Made by a program: the position numbers and the translations under genes. From an uncultured virus (IMG/VR IMGVR_UViG_3300009104_000011) (Duplodnaviria; Heunggongvirae; Uroviricota; Caudoviricetes), in the IMG/VR virus record IMGVR_UViG_3300009104_000011: DNA of 64,000 nt. The stretch is one strand, 5' to 3'. Within the stretch, counting starts at the first letter, position 1, and each line of letters starts with the position of its first letter. The notes under the pieces were generated by a model, which was given only the letters and a program-made list of their open reading frames with translations, was not told the origin of the DNA and did no database searches. Shown here one piece after another: positions 10,444 through 20,750 of the stretch.

Positions 10444-10903
10444 GGAAGAGAAAAACTGAGACGAAAGTCTATGACGAACCTCGGCATACATTCACGTAAT
10501 TTCCTCGGTCTATGCAGAAGTTATGGTAGCATTGATATCGTACAGCAATATCCAGGGACCCCCTTGGATATTCGTAGAAGTGCAAATCAATACTCCACAA
10601 CCATCTGTATAGCACAAGGAAGTTACTACAATGTTGCCTCGGCTCTACTCTGTGTTTTTACAATAGGTCAATAGAATCGACCACTCTAGTAACGAATAGG
10701 GCAGACTCCTTAAGGTCTGCAAAAGAGGGCTACGCCCCGACTCACTAGCGCATACGCGCAAGACAACCAAGGTTGTTTGGGGAGTCTACCCGTCTTCGAT
10801 TACTAGAGTCGGTCATTCTATGGCACCTAATGTACCACCTAGACAAACGGTGGATAACACAGCCGCGGAAACCCGCGAATCGTAGAGAACTAGTCTTCCA
10901 CTA
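10444..10903 (+). ncRNA. K-turn family RNA
   Basis: GGAAGA/TCTTCC + ACTA; CTGA-GAC-GAAA-GTC-TAT-GACG at 10456-10476; rod gaccactctagtaacgaa/ttcgattactagagtcggtc. Confidence 0.7.
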
Positions 10904-10911
10904 GATTACTA

Positions 10912-11474
10912 GGAAGAGAAAATAAAACTGAGATAACACAATGACGTTATGTCACCAAGCATCCTCGACGCAAGAAAGCCCGCGCTAGGCATACGCCCTA
11001 CGCGCTATAGGTTATTTGTGTCAACTGAGGATTATGGTGACATTATTTGATGATTACAACTGGCTACAATAATACCGCGATTGGTAAAATTTTGCGGGCT
11101 CTGAGGGCACCTTTCTAGCATGAAATTGCAAGGAAGGGATACGCGATTAGAACTTATGTAGACTGTAACACCATCAAAATCGGTTAAAGTGTCCGAACGA
11201 ACTATTGTAAATTTAATTCACAAGAAATAGATAACGACTAAGAAGACTCACACTACGTGTGATTTTCTTGTCACGAAATACATTTCGATGTTAAATTTGC
11301 AACACTTAGATTCGGACATATTCCACCGATTACGATGGTGTTACAGTAAACATAACTTTAATCACTACCATAGGAGATTACGTATTCACGAAATAACCTA
11401 TTAAAGTGAAGCAGTAGGCGTACCCACTCGGGCGGCGCCTCGCCTTGTAATTTCATGCTAAATTTCTTCCACTA
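10912..11474 (+). ncRNA. K-turn family RNA
   Basis: GGAAGA/TCTTCC + ACTA; CTGA...AATGACG at 10928-10946; long rods (ctgtaacaccatc/gatggtgttacag; tagcatgaaattgcaagg/ccttgtaatttcatgcta). Confidence 0.72.
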
Positions 11475-11818
11475 GGATGGGTTGGGAAACCGAAAACTAA
11501 ATGCGAATTTAATACCGAGATCGAAAGATCAATGACGTTCCGGTGACGTCCATCATACGGATCAGATAGATCCTCCTGATGGCTCATTGGGGAGTACTCC
11601 CCTGAGCATACATGAAGATACGAAATTCGAGCCGCCTTTGGCTAATCGAACGCAAATTGCTATTTCGTACTTCATAGACGCTCAACATTCGTCACCGGTG
11701 ACATTCTGGAACGATGCACATTCGCGCATCTACGAATCATAGATTCGATACCCTCACAACAGACTTTCTGTTGAGAGCGTCCCAGTATGTCACACCCACA
11801 TAGTTTTCCCATCCACTA
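11475..11818 (+). ncRNA. K-turn family RNA
   Basis: GGATGGG/CCCATCC + ACTA; CCGA-GATC-GAAA-GATC-AAT-GACG at 11515-11537; stem ccggtgacg/cgtcaccgg. Confidence 0.72.
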
Positions 11819-12371
11819 GAGAAGTTTTAACACTGAGGTCGAAAGACCAATGACGTTGCGTTGACAAAGATGCGCGCGTTTTCACCATAGAATATCTTCA
11901 CGCCTATAAGAGTGTGAAGCAAGTACCTTACGGTACGATAGACCTGATTACAGTCTAATAATCTATGGTAAAATCGTGCTCCTTCGTCAACGCATTGCAT
12001 GAATGAAGGTTCTAATTCATCATAATGAATAGCCTATTATCAATCTGAAAAACCTCGATTTTGAGGCCTAAACGAAGATTACATTCTGCAACGCGGCATG
12101 ATGACAGATGAGGCAAGCCATTCAGGTCTAAGGACCTTCTGACACGCCTAGGATTTCATAATTTCTATACAGAGCAATCATTCTCACTTAGAGGTGTAAG
12201 CGCATACGCGCAAAGAGAGTCACGTAAACGTTTGACTCTAGCCTTAAGAATGAAAACTCGTATAGCAAACAACGAATTCCTTCAAGACAAAACATAGAAC
12301 TTACACCTCCACGCAAGTGGATTTAAGGTGACGTTCACGTGTCATCATGCCGCAGATGTTACTTCTCAACA
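11819..12371 (+). ncRNA. K-turn family RNA
   Basis: GAGAAGT/ACTTCTC + AACA|GATG; CTGA-GGTC-GAAA-GACC-AAT-GACG at 11833-11855; stems gcgttgac/gtcaacgc, gcggcatgatgaca/tgtcatcatgccgc. Confidence 0.72.
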
Positions 12372-12372
12372 G

Positions 12373-12657
12373 ATGAGTGACAATACATCGATATTTGTAA
12401 GATACAACAAATTAAAAATGGGTTTTGAAGTCGTTCACGCATCATGGGATGCGCAAAACGATAACGAAATTTGGGAAGAAGCAGAAACATTCCAACAGGA
12501 ATGTGCTGCTTTGAAATATGCGGTACAGAAGCACCTGAGTCTTAGGACTAGTGGTGTCTCACCAGAATATGGTATAACACCGCTGTATAATCCTAAAAAC
12601 CTACTACCAAGAGAGCAAAAGACTCTCAATGATTGGTATGAGGAGAAGATACTATGA
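12373..12657 (+). CDS. Hypothetical protein (start revised to MSDNTS)
   Basis: In-frame ATG directly after AACA|G junction. Confidence 0.7.
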   Translation: MSDNTSIFVRYNKLKMGFEVVHASWDAQNDNEIWEEAETFQQECAALKYAVQKHLSLRTSGVSPEYGITPLYNPKNLLPREQKTLNDWYEEKIL

Positions 12658-12848
12658 GTACACAAGAAATTGAACTCGGCCCAAATGAACAAAGAAGAAA
12701 CCGCTTCCAAGATAATTTGTTGGAAGATAGGCACGAAGAAATCGTTGCCTTACTTAAAGAGATTAGAGACGCAATTAACGTCTTCAAAGAATTTATTCTT
12801 GAGGTTACACCTCAGGATGCTAAAGACGACATTGAAGACCTACGTTGA
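12654..12848 (+). CDS. Small acidic hypothetical protein
   Basis: ATGA overlap with upstream gene, GAGGAG SD. Confidence 0.65.
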   Translation: MSTQEIELGPNEQRRNRFQDNLLEDRHEEIVALLKEIRDAINVFKEFILEVTPQDAKDDIEDLR

Positions 12849-12865
12849 AAATAATCTCCTATTAG

Positions 12866-14413
12866 ATGAGAACAATAAATATAATTAACCATAGAAAAGA
12901 AGACACCTTAGCAGCCCGCCCTATTACTCTTGTAAGAGAAGGAAGCGGGGAAAAGGAAATTTATGGAAAAGTTATGGCTATGTTTTTGAAACAAGGTATC
13001 ATGATTGAACGCATGTATTTGCAAGTTAAAGGCAAAGACTTAGCGATTTCAATACTTGGACTAAATGGTAATGTCCTATACTTAGAACTGCACAATTTTA
13101 TTGATGACACCACAGAGTTGCCCTACAAAGGAGATTTTCTTCTTGAGGGGAAATCTGATGGTCCAGCGATTCAGCACATAACTAAAACAGTTGATGCGCT
13201 AAATACTGGAAACAATCAAACTGTGCTAACTTTAGTTAGCCCGCGTGTCCGCGGTGGAAGATATGGAAACATGACTCTAAACGGACAAGGTGTATCAAAC
13301 TACGCTACTGGAGACCTCTTTGTAAACGCAGGGATATCTAGTCTGACAATTCCAATTATTTGGAGTCCTAACAAAGGTAGTTTGATGAACATAAAGGGCT
13401 TAGTAACACATACCGGGAGCAATCAGTCAAATAGTAGCCACAGACGAACATCTGGTGCGCTAACTCAATATTTGAGAAGACTGAAAACCCCAGCAGAAAT
13501 ACCAATAATGTTTCACATAGAACAGTCTGGAAATAACTACGGAACTGGAACAGTTCCCGCAGTTAATCTGATCTGTACACATAACAAGAGTATTGTTAAA
13601 ACGAGTTTACCAAGTAACCTAGATATAGGTAACTTGGCCTTTCTATATCAACTACCAAGAGGAACTATTGGTTCTATAATTGGTAAGGGAAATAAAAAGA
13701 GGCCATTCGGTGAACTTCTTGTTTGCTATGATACTATCCGCTCTGTCGGAGGCGACAAATTAAATGTCGTTTGTAGAACAGTAAACACATCTGTTTCGGA
13801 CGGAACAAAAGAAGATACAACAGTAGAAACCAAGAACCTTGATGACCAAGGTGAGTTGATCTACGAGAATACTAATTTACAAGGTGTATCTTCAATAAGT
13901 TACTCTACTTGGTTTGACATGGTTCAGACCGCAAGAAGTGGCACGCTATCTTTCTCGACATTTACAAATGTCATGGAAGGTGATGTGACGGAGTTATTTG
14001 GCGTTACCAATAATGGAGATATAGTCTATGGTTTGAAAAACAATCAAATGACTGTAATTACAACTATTTCGACATTGGGAAGAGCAATGCAGTTTGAATC
14101 AAAACTGCTAGAGATTCTCCCAGATACCGTTAAAAGGCGAACCAAGAAGGTCGTTAAAACGTATGATGATAAGTTGGTCCAAGCATTGGAAGAAAGAGCA
14201 GAAAAGCCCAGATTACTAAAGCGGCTTAACACGCTCATCGCTAAATTAAATCAAAGTGACTATTACAAGAAATGGAAGGCAGTTTCTGACGCAGAATGCG
14301 AGAGACTAGACCAACCAAAGGAATACGAACTAGAACAAGTATTTCTAATCTACTTGAAAACCACAGAAACAGTAACAATGAAAGACATTGAAGAGTTCAA
14401 CAAACTTAAATGA
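12866..14413 (+). CDS. Hypothetical protein (515 aa)
   Basis: Long ORF starting at ATTA|GATG. Confidence 0.8.
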   Translation: MRTINIINHRKEDTLAARPITLVREGSGEKEIYGKVMAMFLKQGIMIERMYLQVKGKDLAISILGLNGNVLYLELHNFIDDTTELPYKGDFLLEGKSDGPAIQHITKTVDALNTGNNQTVLTLVSPRVRGGRYGNMTLNGQGVSNYATGDLFVNAGISSLTIPIIWSPNKGSLMNIKGLVTHTGSNQSNSSHRRTSGALTQYLRRLKTPAEIPIMFHIEQSGNNYGTGTVPAVNLICTHNKSIVKTSLPSNLDIGNLAFLYQLPRGTIGSIIGKGNKKRPFGELLVCYDTIRSVGGDKLNVVCRTVNTSVSDGTKEDTTVETKNLDDQGELIYENTNLQGVSSISYSTWFDMVQTARSGTLSFSTFTNVMEGDVTELFGVTNNGDIVYGLKNNQMTVITTISTLGRAMQFESKLLEILPDTVKRRTKKVVKTYDDKLVQALEERAEKPRLLKRLNTLIAKLNQSDYYKKWKAVSDAECERLDQPKEYELEQVFLIYLKTTETVTMKDIEEFNKLK

Positions 14414-14434
14414 GTTGAACTTCTATTAGATATA

Positions 14435-15109
14435 ATGGGAACAAGAAATTTAACCGTTGTAATATACAAGGATGAACTTAAAGTTGCTCAATATGGGCAA
14501 TGGGATGGATATCCTGATGTTACTGGTCTAGGCATTCTTGGATTTTTATTAGAGTGTGATTTAGAACATTTCAAGCAAAGATTGGATCTTTGCAGATGGA
14601 TTACACCAGAAGAATCTGAGGCTCGATTTAGAGCCATGAAAGAATGCGGTGGCGCAGAGCCATTACCAAAAGAATTTGAAGCGGAACAAAAAGGATTCAT
14701 CTCAATGCATGAATCCGAGATGTTGAAATCATTATACCCCGAGAATAATCGAGATGCAGGATTTAGAATACTGCATTTGATTGAAGGAACTGGATACGTA
14801 GATCGCGTTATTCAGCCCAGTGGGGATACAATTATGAGAACGTATAAAATTAAAGACAAAAAAGAAATTTTGCTTGAAAACTCAATAACTTTTGCAGGAG
14901 AAAAATTCTGTGAATGGGCCTGGATTATCAATTTAGATAACAATGAACTGCAAGTTTATTGTGGCCATAGTTATGCGTTTCAAGGAGAAAAGGGAATCTT
15001 TGAAGAATTTGAAAACCCCGTAAGGTTGATAACAACCTTCGACATAAGAAATTTGCCAGACGAACATGACTTCCTCGGGCAAATTAATTCAATATATCAA
15101 GAAGAATAA
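14435..15109 (+). CDS. Conserved viral hypothetical protein (MGTR...YGQWDGYP)
   Basis: MGTR/DGYP and CEWAWIINLD motifs seen in phage proteins of unknown function. Confidence 0.75.
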   Translation: MGTRNLTVVIYKDELKVAQYGQWDGYPDVTGLGILGFLLECDLEHFKQRLDLCRWITPEESEARFRAMKECGGAEPLPKEFEAEQKGFISMHESEMLKSLYPENNRDAGFRILHLIEGTGYVDRVIQPSGDTIMRTYKIKDKKEILLENSITFAGEKFCEWAWIINLDNNELQVYCGHSYAFQGEKGIFEEFENPVRLITTFDIRNLPDEHDFLGQINSIYQEE

Positions 15110-15133
15110 AACCCCGATTAGGAGAGAGATTCA

Positions 15134-15880
15134 ATGAAGATGAATACAACAAATAAAAAGATGAAAATAACTAACGAGATGATAGGTAATTTCTTAAATC
15201 AGGCAACAGCAAAGAAACTAGAAGACGGTACCGTTTCCCTCAGTATAGAGGGTGAAAACGAGATTGCTTACTTGGACTCTGTTGTTCTTGAGGCAAAAAT
15301 ACCGCACCATATTTGTAGCACACACAGCAAGCACATTAAGCACAGTGACAAGCATATTAGTGATTACTATGCTTCGTCCATTGATGGGCGCTTTGTGTTC
15401 TCATCTATTGCGGGCAAAGTCTTGAACATGGGTTACTCGGATATCGAGAACCTAACTACTCAAGAGATTGCTGAAATTTATCACCAAAATAAGTTATTCA
15501 ACTATCCAATGACCGAATACGTCACTGAACCTGCTAGAGCAAAGCACTGGGGCGCCAGACCACACTGTGAGTCAATCATAGAGTGGCGCTGGAACAACGG
15601 TGTAATGTTTGGCAGTTACCGTGACAGAGTGTTGACTTACCTTAAGTTGCATGTATTTCCTGAGATGGAGAATGAACTCACTGACTACTGTGAGAGCATA
15701 CTCAACGTTCAAAAGGTAATCAATATACTTGAGGAAGACATTGACATTCTAATGGATGCGGAGGTTTTTGTAAACCTCAACCCCATAACGAAGAAGGTCT
15801 TGAAAAGTGTAAGGCACGATCGACTAAGCCTCGATCGAAAGGCCCTACAAGAACTTGCTAAAGCAAGTAAGAAAAATTGA
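15134..15880 (+). CDS. Hypothetical protein
   Basis: 248 aa ORF after junction. Confidence 0.75.
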   Translation: MKMNTTNKKMKITNEMIGNFLNQATAKKLEDGTVSLSIEGENEIAYLDSVVLEAKIPHHICSTHSKHIKHSDKHISDYYASSIDGRFVFSSIAGKVLNMGYSDIENLTTQEIAEIYHQNKLFNYPMTEYVTEPARAKHWGARPHCESIIEWRWNNGVMFGSYRDRVLTYLKLHVFPEMENELTDYCESILNVQKVINILEEDIDILMDAEVFVNLNPITKKVLKSVRHDRLSLDRKALQELAKASKKN

Positions 15881-15899
15881 GGTACTAACCTCATATTAG

Positions 15900-16553
15900 A
15901 TGATGGAATCATCAGAAAACAATAACGAAAGCCAGAAAATGATAACCATTGATTATGGTGATCAGGCACTCTTGGAAGACTATGAAGAAATTCCAAGGGT
16001 TTCTGAGCGCCGCGCTATCAGTGGTAAAAATCGTTTTCTAACATACAACGCACCGCCAATGCACTGGTGTCCTAGGAACGCTAAAGATCCTAAGGACTAT
16101 GAAGATCTATTGAGTAACCCCAATAGAGAAGCAGAGCGAAACCTTAGGGAGCAAGCCATACATGAAATTGTGGTTAATCTCCCTAACGCTGTGCCAAATC
16201 TGACCAATGCTATAAGGAAAAGACACAATAGTTTAGGTCGTGATGCAACAGAAGAAGAGCGTAATGATCCCCATGGAATTGGGCTTCTTATGCTTCGGCA
16301 TGGTAAGACGTTGTTTAGAACCAGCAGACGACTGAGTAGAAGATTGGGTTTAATGCACCCAGATCTACCAGATGGTCGTGTTGGTTTTTATGCCCAGCAG
16401 AGATTTGGACGAGATGGAGGAGAACTACAAGATTTGTGGTACACTCTTTACGTCCTTAGAACGGAACTGGAAAACCCAGGTTTGCGAGCAATTGCACAAG
16501 CATTGCACTATGCGCACATCTGGGGACCCCATGGAAATTTAGAGGAAGATTGA
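15900..16553 (+). CDS. Hypothetical protein
   Basis: 217 aa ORF at ATTA|GATG. Confidence 0.75.
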   Translation: MMESSENNNESQKMITIDYGDQALLEDYEEIPRVSERRAISGKNRFLTYNAPPMHWCPRNAKDPKDYEDLLSNPNREAERNLREQAIHEIVVNLPNAVPNLTNAIRKRHNSLGRDATEEERNDPHGIGLLMLRHGKTLFRTSRRLSRRLGLMHPDLPDGRVGFYAQQRFGRDGGELQDLWYTLYVLRTELENPGLRAIAQALHYAHIWGPHGNLEED

Positions 16554-17029
16554 CTATGACATCGACAGACGGAACCACGAAGAAAAACTTACGTGTCCCT
16601 AGGAGTGATCCTATGGACCATGATAACCCCAACAATAGAACCCACATTCGTAGCGCCCAACTATCATATTGGGACGCCCTTGTTGGAAAGCCGTCAGAAT
16701 TTGTCACAAATCCCCCACAGAAGTTTCATTTTGAAACTCCTTACGGGATGACTATGGTAGTAAGATTGATGTTAAATTCAGAAGAATGTATATCCTGGAA
16801 TATAGAACTACAGTATACAGATACTGTTAGTATGTATTACCAACTATACTATTGGAAGAAGCCTAGCGGAGAACAGCGAGGTTTTAATGAATTACATTTA
16901 CTTAGACTTAACTCAAGGTGGTCAGATAATATGACTCACCTAAGACATAGTGACGCAATCGATACCCACAATTTCATAACCGAAATGCTACAACAAATTG
17001 GCATAAACACTTGGGAGACTATAGACTAG
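16550..17029 (+). CDS. Hypothetical protein
   Basis: 159 aa ORF coupled to upstream stop. Confidence 0.7.
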   Translation: MTMTSTDGTTKKNLRVPRSDPMDHDNPNNRTHIRSAQLSYWDALVGKPSEFVTNPPQKFHFETPYGMTMVVRLMLNSEECISWNIELQYTDTVSMYYQLYYWKKPSGEQRGFNELHLLRLNSRWSDNMTHLRHSDAIDTHNFITEMLQQIGINTWETID

Positions 17030-17043
17030 TCTCCCTTATTAGA

Positions 17044-17271
17044 ATGAGCGATAATACACGTAAATTTGAAGACATAACTGGTATGTGGAAGAGAACCAAG
17101 ACCGTTGCAGGAAGCAGCGAGGTTCACTTCTACGGTCAGATTAGGGAGCGAATTACCCTAGAGGCCGGAGATAAAATCCACATGTACGAGACCAGAAACA
17201 AAAACAGGAAGAGCAAGGACCCACAGTGGCACCTAAAAGTTCTTCGTGAGTCACCTCCCGTATCTAACTGA
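17044..17271 (+). CDS. Small hypothetical protein (start revised to MSDNTR)
   Basis: In-frame ATG just after junction motif. Confidence 0.7.
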   Translation: MSDNTRKFEDITGMWKRTKTVAGSSEVHFYGQIRERITLEAGDKIHMYETRNKNRKSKDPQWHLKVLRESPPVSN

Positions 17272-17288
17272 ACGGGATGGACTATTAG

Positions 17289-18956
17289 ATGAATAATAAT
17301 TCAAAAATGACAGAAAAGAAAATATTGAGATACACTGGAGCCGATTTGATGGACTTTGCAGACATTAGTTCTGCAATATATCAAAACGCCCGAATTAAGG
17401 CTGGTATGCTTACTAGACAAGTAGGTGACCAGACAATAACGTATCCTGATGTAATTGATTTACTGACTACACAGGAACAAGAATACCATTTAAGAAACAG
17501 TGCGGACCTTAACAGGGTTCGTAATAATTTTGTTCCAATGCACGTAGACACACTTCTACACTCGACCATAAGTCAGTATAGAAGTAACACTAATACTAAC
17601 CAAAGTAACTATGTTAACGTTGGTTATGGATTATATTTTCATAGAACACAAGTCACCATTGAAGAAGGTGACGAATATTTCTACATAAACTGTACATTCG
17701 ATCTCTATATTGATGATCGATTGACAACAGCGAGAGCAGGAGCGTTGGGACTCAATGACGATAGTTATTTGATTAATCCCCAGGTCGGTGGGAGGGCTAT
17801 TCCCTCTACATCAGAAGACGATACCCAACTTACACAGTTGGCTAGCCGATTATCGGGAAGATCAACGCCGTCGCGTAGTAGGAGAAACAATCCCTACAAC
17901 CGACATAATATACGCCAGCAACAGAACATACCTAAGTCAGAAAGCGCCAGAACTGAATTACGGCGTTTTCTAATTAGGGACCGTTTCCCTCACATAAAGG
18001 AGACGGCGATGAGAAAGAATAGAGTGCTTAATGCACTCCATTCTTGTGTAGCAATAAAGAAAACTATGAAATTGTCGAAAGAAAAGGATGATACAAGTAA
18101 AAATATAATTTTGAACCATCCTTGGTTTTATTCGACGAGACTTACTACGGCTCTTAGAAGTGCTAGATTAATGCAGTACTCTAAGGGCGTTGACTACTCA
18201 ATGCAGATAGTTGGTAATGGTGTTGCAAATAAGCGACATACGATGAGATTTGCTGGATTTATTGGTGAAGATAATCGGTACTTAGTTGCCAATATTATCT
18301 CCACAGATGAAGTACCAGATGACCTATGCTCTATATTGAAGAGAAAGGTCGCTAAGAAAAATTATCCTGATACAAAAAGTATGAGATTGTTGAGTGTGAA
18401 TGCACTATTAGCAACTTATACGAACGATGAGTTCAAAGACGATGTTATTGACATAACTAATATCCTGCCTCCAGAATCAAACCTAACTTTAGTTAGAATT
18501 GGTGAGTACGAAGCAGGTAGAACAGGCGATACTTTGAGTCAATATTGCGTTATATCAGACGGTGTGTATGAAGTAAATATACCAACACCGTCTTTTTTGC
18601 GCAGAGACAAAAAGAAAATGAAAATAGAGCCTGGTAAGTACGCAGTATGCGTACAAGAAAGTGAGACCGACCTAATCAAATATAATGATATAGTCGGAAA
18701 AGCCTTAGTTGACATAATCGTCGAACCAGTAAAAACCAGACTTTCTATAACGAAAGGACTTTCTGGTTCTGGGAAACTCAAAGTTAAATTATCAAAGCGA
18801 GCAGCCCTACAAAAGGGAAGTGCTCCAACCAAGTCTAAGGGTAAAACAAATAAGGGAATTCGTGCCACTAGTAGGGCAGGAATTATCTTTGGCAAATCAC
18901 AAAAGAAAGGTGACACGGTAGTCGTCGATGACGAAGAACGTGAAACCTTAGAATAA
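17289..18956 (+). CDS. Hypothetical protein (555 aa)
   Basis: Long ORF at ATTA|GATG. Confidence 0.8.
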   Translation: MNNNSKMTEKKILRYTGADLMDFADISSAIYQNARIKAGMLTRQVGDQTITYPDVIDLLTTQEQEYHLRNSADLNRVRNNFVPMHVDTLLHSTISQYRSNTNTNQSNYVNVGYGLYFHRTQVTIEEGDEYFYINCTFDLYIDDRLTTARAGALGLNDDSYLINPQVGGRAIPSTSEDDTQLTQLASRLSGRSTPSRSRRNNPYNRHNIRQQQNIPKSESARTELRRFLIRDRFPHIKETAMRKNRVLNALHSCVAIKKTMKLSKEKDDTSKNIILNHPWFYSTRLTTALRSARLMQYSKGVDYSMQIVGNGVANKRHTMRFAGFIGEDNRYLVANIISTDEVPDDLCSILKRKVAKKNYPDTKSMRLLSVNALLATYTNDEFKDDVIDITNILPPESNLTLVRIGEYEAGRTGDTLSQYCVISDGVYEVNIPTPSFLRRDKKKMKIEPGKYAVCVQESETDLIKYNDIVGKALVDIIVEPVKTRLSITKGLSGSGKLKVKLSKRAALQKGSAPTKSKGKTNKGIRATSRAGIIFGKSQKKGDTVVVDDEERETLE

Positions 18957-18987
18957 ATTTGGTGAAAGCCAATATTAGGGAGTAGAA

Positions 18988-19311
18988 ATGTCTGAAAAGA
19001 TTAACCAATTTACAACCATAACCCAATGTGAGTGCGTTGGGCGACCAAAGCAAGAAGGCAAAGGCGAGCGCATACAGTGCAAGAAGAAGACAGAGGTTAC
19101 CACAAAGTGGCACAACCGTGTCGAACTGCGCGAAGTACGCAAGCAATTGAATGCGCAAGGTTGGCACAATATCCGGACACTTGGAGACAAGACCGGTGAT
19201 CACCACATGGCAGAAGGTACTGCCCAGGTAGGAGGCCGTTACTGGCTTTGCCCTTCCTGTGTAAAGTACATTGCGAAGATGCGAGATCTTCAATCCTCAA
19301 TTTGGGGATGA
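18988..19311 (+). CDS. Putative Zn-binding protein
   Basis: CxC...C and CPSC motifs; GGGAG leader. Confidence 0.65.
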   Translation: MSEKINQFTTITQCECVGRPKQEGKGERIQCKKKTEVTTKWHNRVELREVRKQLNAQGWHNIRTLGDKTGDHHMAEGTAQVGGRYWLCPSCVKYIAKMRDLQSSIWG

Positions 19312-19340
19312 AATTAGACGATGAAACAAACGTCTCTTAG

Positions 19341-19856
19341 ATGAGTTACAGTTGCAAAAAATGCAAACTAGAATTTGAGACTGAGGCAGCACATAAACTG
19401 CACATCTCAGTAATTCACAAAGAAGTTCCAAAGAAAGTAAAAAAGTCTACCAAGAAGAAAAAGGAGCCACTCCTCACTATAAAGGGGGAGAAAGGATACC
19501 TTTCACCTGATGGTAGGCACGTAATCGCATATCTTCCAGATGGTAAGTCCAAGACAATAAAGGACTATGCTAAGAAGATGCGAACAGACTTTCCAGATAT
19601 CAAACTTGGAGACAAATTATCTCCGAAAGATGCAAGGGACTTATTCAAGCACAATCTTGATGTTCAAAAGAGCATCAAGGGTGCTAAATTGGAAGTAACC
19701 AAACTGATTGAAAATAAAATTGGAATCCGACGTTACATGTTGGAGAACAAAAAATTAACAATCGCTTGGGCAGAAGGGCCATGTTTCAAAGACTCCAAAA
19801 CTAAGAGTCTCCGAGGCAGGCACTACATACTTCCAGTATCAGTTCGCAAGAAGTGA
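19341..19856 (+). CDS. Basic protein with N-terminal C2H2 zinc finger
   Basis: CKKC-x12-HISVIH. Confidence 0.7.
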   Translation: MSYSCKKCKLEFETEAAHKLHISVIHKEVPKKVKKSTKKKKEPLLTIKGEKGYLSPDGRHVIAYLPDGKSKTIKDYAKKMRTDFPDIKLGDKLSPKDARDLFKHNLDVQKSIKGAKLEVTKLIENKIGIRRYMLENKKLTIAWAEGPCFKDSKTKSLRGRHYILPVSVRKK

Positions 19857-19863
19857 ACTATTA

Positions 19864-19971
19864 GGAGAGTCAGGCTTCGGCCTGAGTGAACGGCAAACTG
19901 GGTTTAAACTGCGAACAAGCATGACGGATTTATCCGTCCATCACACGCCTCAGCAATCCGGCTCTCCACTA
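19864..19971 (+). ncRNA. Small structured RNA unit (108 nt)
   Basis: GGAGAGT/GCTCTCC terminal stem + ACTA|GATG; tcagg-c(UUCG)g-cctga hairpin; gacgga/tccgtc hairpin. Confidence 0.7.
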
Positions 19972-19972
19972 G

Positions 19973-20176
19973 ATGTCTCTAAGAAAGAGAAAGAACAAAA
20001 TCCACTACGCTAAACCCAAGCGTAGTAAGAAGAACCCAAGTAAATTTTGGAAGAAATTTAGGACTGGGTTCTCTTCAAAGGCACAGGCCAAAAGGGCCTT
20101 GCATAAGATGAAACATAATCGCTTGCTGAGAAAGCAAAGTGAAGACTCCGACATAATTCTCGGAGAAGAGGAGTAA
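19973..20176 (+). CDS. Small very basic protein
   Basis: K/R-rich 67 aa ORF at ACTA|GATG. Confidence 0.65.
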   Translation: MSLRKRKNKIHYAKPKRSKKNPSKFWKKFRTGFSSKAQAKRALHKMKHNRLLRKQSEDSDIILGEEE

Positions 20177-20186
20177 TCCTCATTAG

Positions 20187-20285
20187 ATGAGTAATGAACT
20201 TGTTTTTATCGGAGTTATAATCGGACTGGCCTTCCTATGGTCACTAGACCGATATAGAAACTCTCTAAATGATGAAGAGGAATGA
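20187..20285 (+). CDS. Micro membrane protein (32 aa, MSNELVFIGVIIGLAFLW...)
   Basis: ATG at junction, one hydrophobic helix, stop inside next hairpin. Confidence 0.6.
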   Translation: MSNELVFIGVIIGLAFLWSLDRYRNSLNDEEE

Positions 20286-20302
20286 GACACTTCCTCAATT
20301 AG

Positions 20303-20389
20303 ATGAGTGATCAAAATATCCTATTAATTGTAATACTAGTGTCCACAGCGTGGGCCTACTATTCATACAAAGTTACCATTGGACGGTGA
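20303..20389 (+). CDS. Micro membrane protein (28 aa, MSDQNILLIVILV...)
   Basis: ATG at junction, one hydrophobic helix. Confidence 0.55.
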   Translation: MSDQNILLIVILVSTAWAYYSYKVTIGR

Positions 20390-20398
20390 CTTAATTAG

Positions 20399-20584
20399 AT
20401 GAGCAAAATCGAAGATGAAGTTTGTGAGAAGATACAAGCAAGAGCAAAAGTCGGACTCAAGAAGTACGGAACCACAATGGAAAGAGAAGATTTCTCTGAC
20501 CTTGACTGGATGCAGTATCTTCAAGAAGAACTGATGGATGCTGTTGTATACTTGCAACGCATGATGAATGACCAGAAGGTTTAA
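20399..20584 (+). CDS. Conserved phage protein, MazG-like helical motif
   Basis: GLKKYGTT..R.D...LQEELMDAVVYL. Confidence 0.65.
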   Translation: MSKIEDEVCEKIQARAKVGLKKYGTTMEREDFSDLDWMQYLQEELMDAVVYLQRMMNDQKV

Positions 20585-20612
20585 GTCTGACTATGTTAGA
20601 CCAACCTATTAG

Positions 20613-20741
20613 ATGACTATTACTACAACCCCAAGTTGGTGCCTATGCTGGCGCACACCTTGGGAATATGAGCATATGGCAGACGATCGTGGTAAATGCA
20701 AACATTGCGGAAAAAAGATCCAGCATTACTTTGCATCATGA
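20613..20741 (+). CDS. Micro Zn-binding protein (42 aa)
   Basis: ATG at junction; CLC and CKHCG. Confidence 0.55.
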   Translation: MTITTTPSWCLCWRTPWEYEHMADDRGKCKHCGKKIQHYFAS

Positions 20742-20750
20742 TCTCATTAG

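Noticed and set aside
11833..11855. Hammerhead ribozyme (CTGA...GGTC GAAA GACC looks like stem II)
   Set aside because: Lacks the CUGANGA and GAAA core around the stem; fits a K-turn instead
9902..12371. Standard H/ACA guides or TIGR arrays
   Set aside because: Tails are mostly ACTA rather than ACA-NNN, the K-turn is not apical on the rods, units are hundreds of nt long, and no Nop-domain protein was recognised
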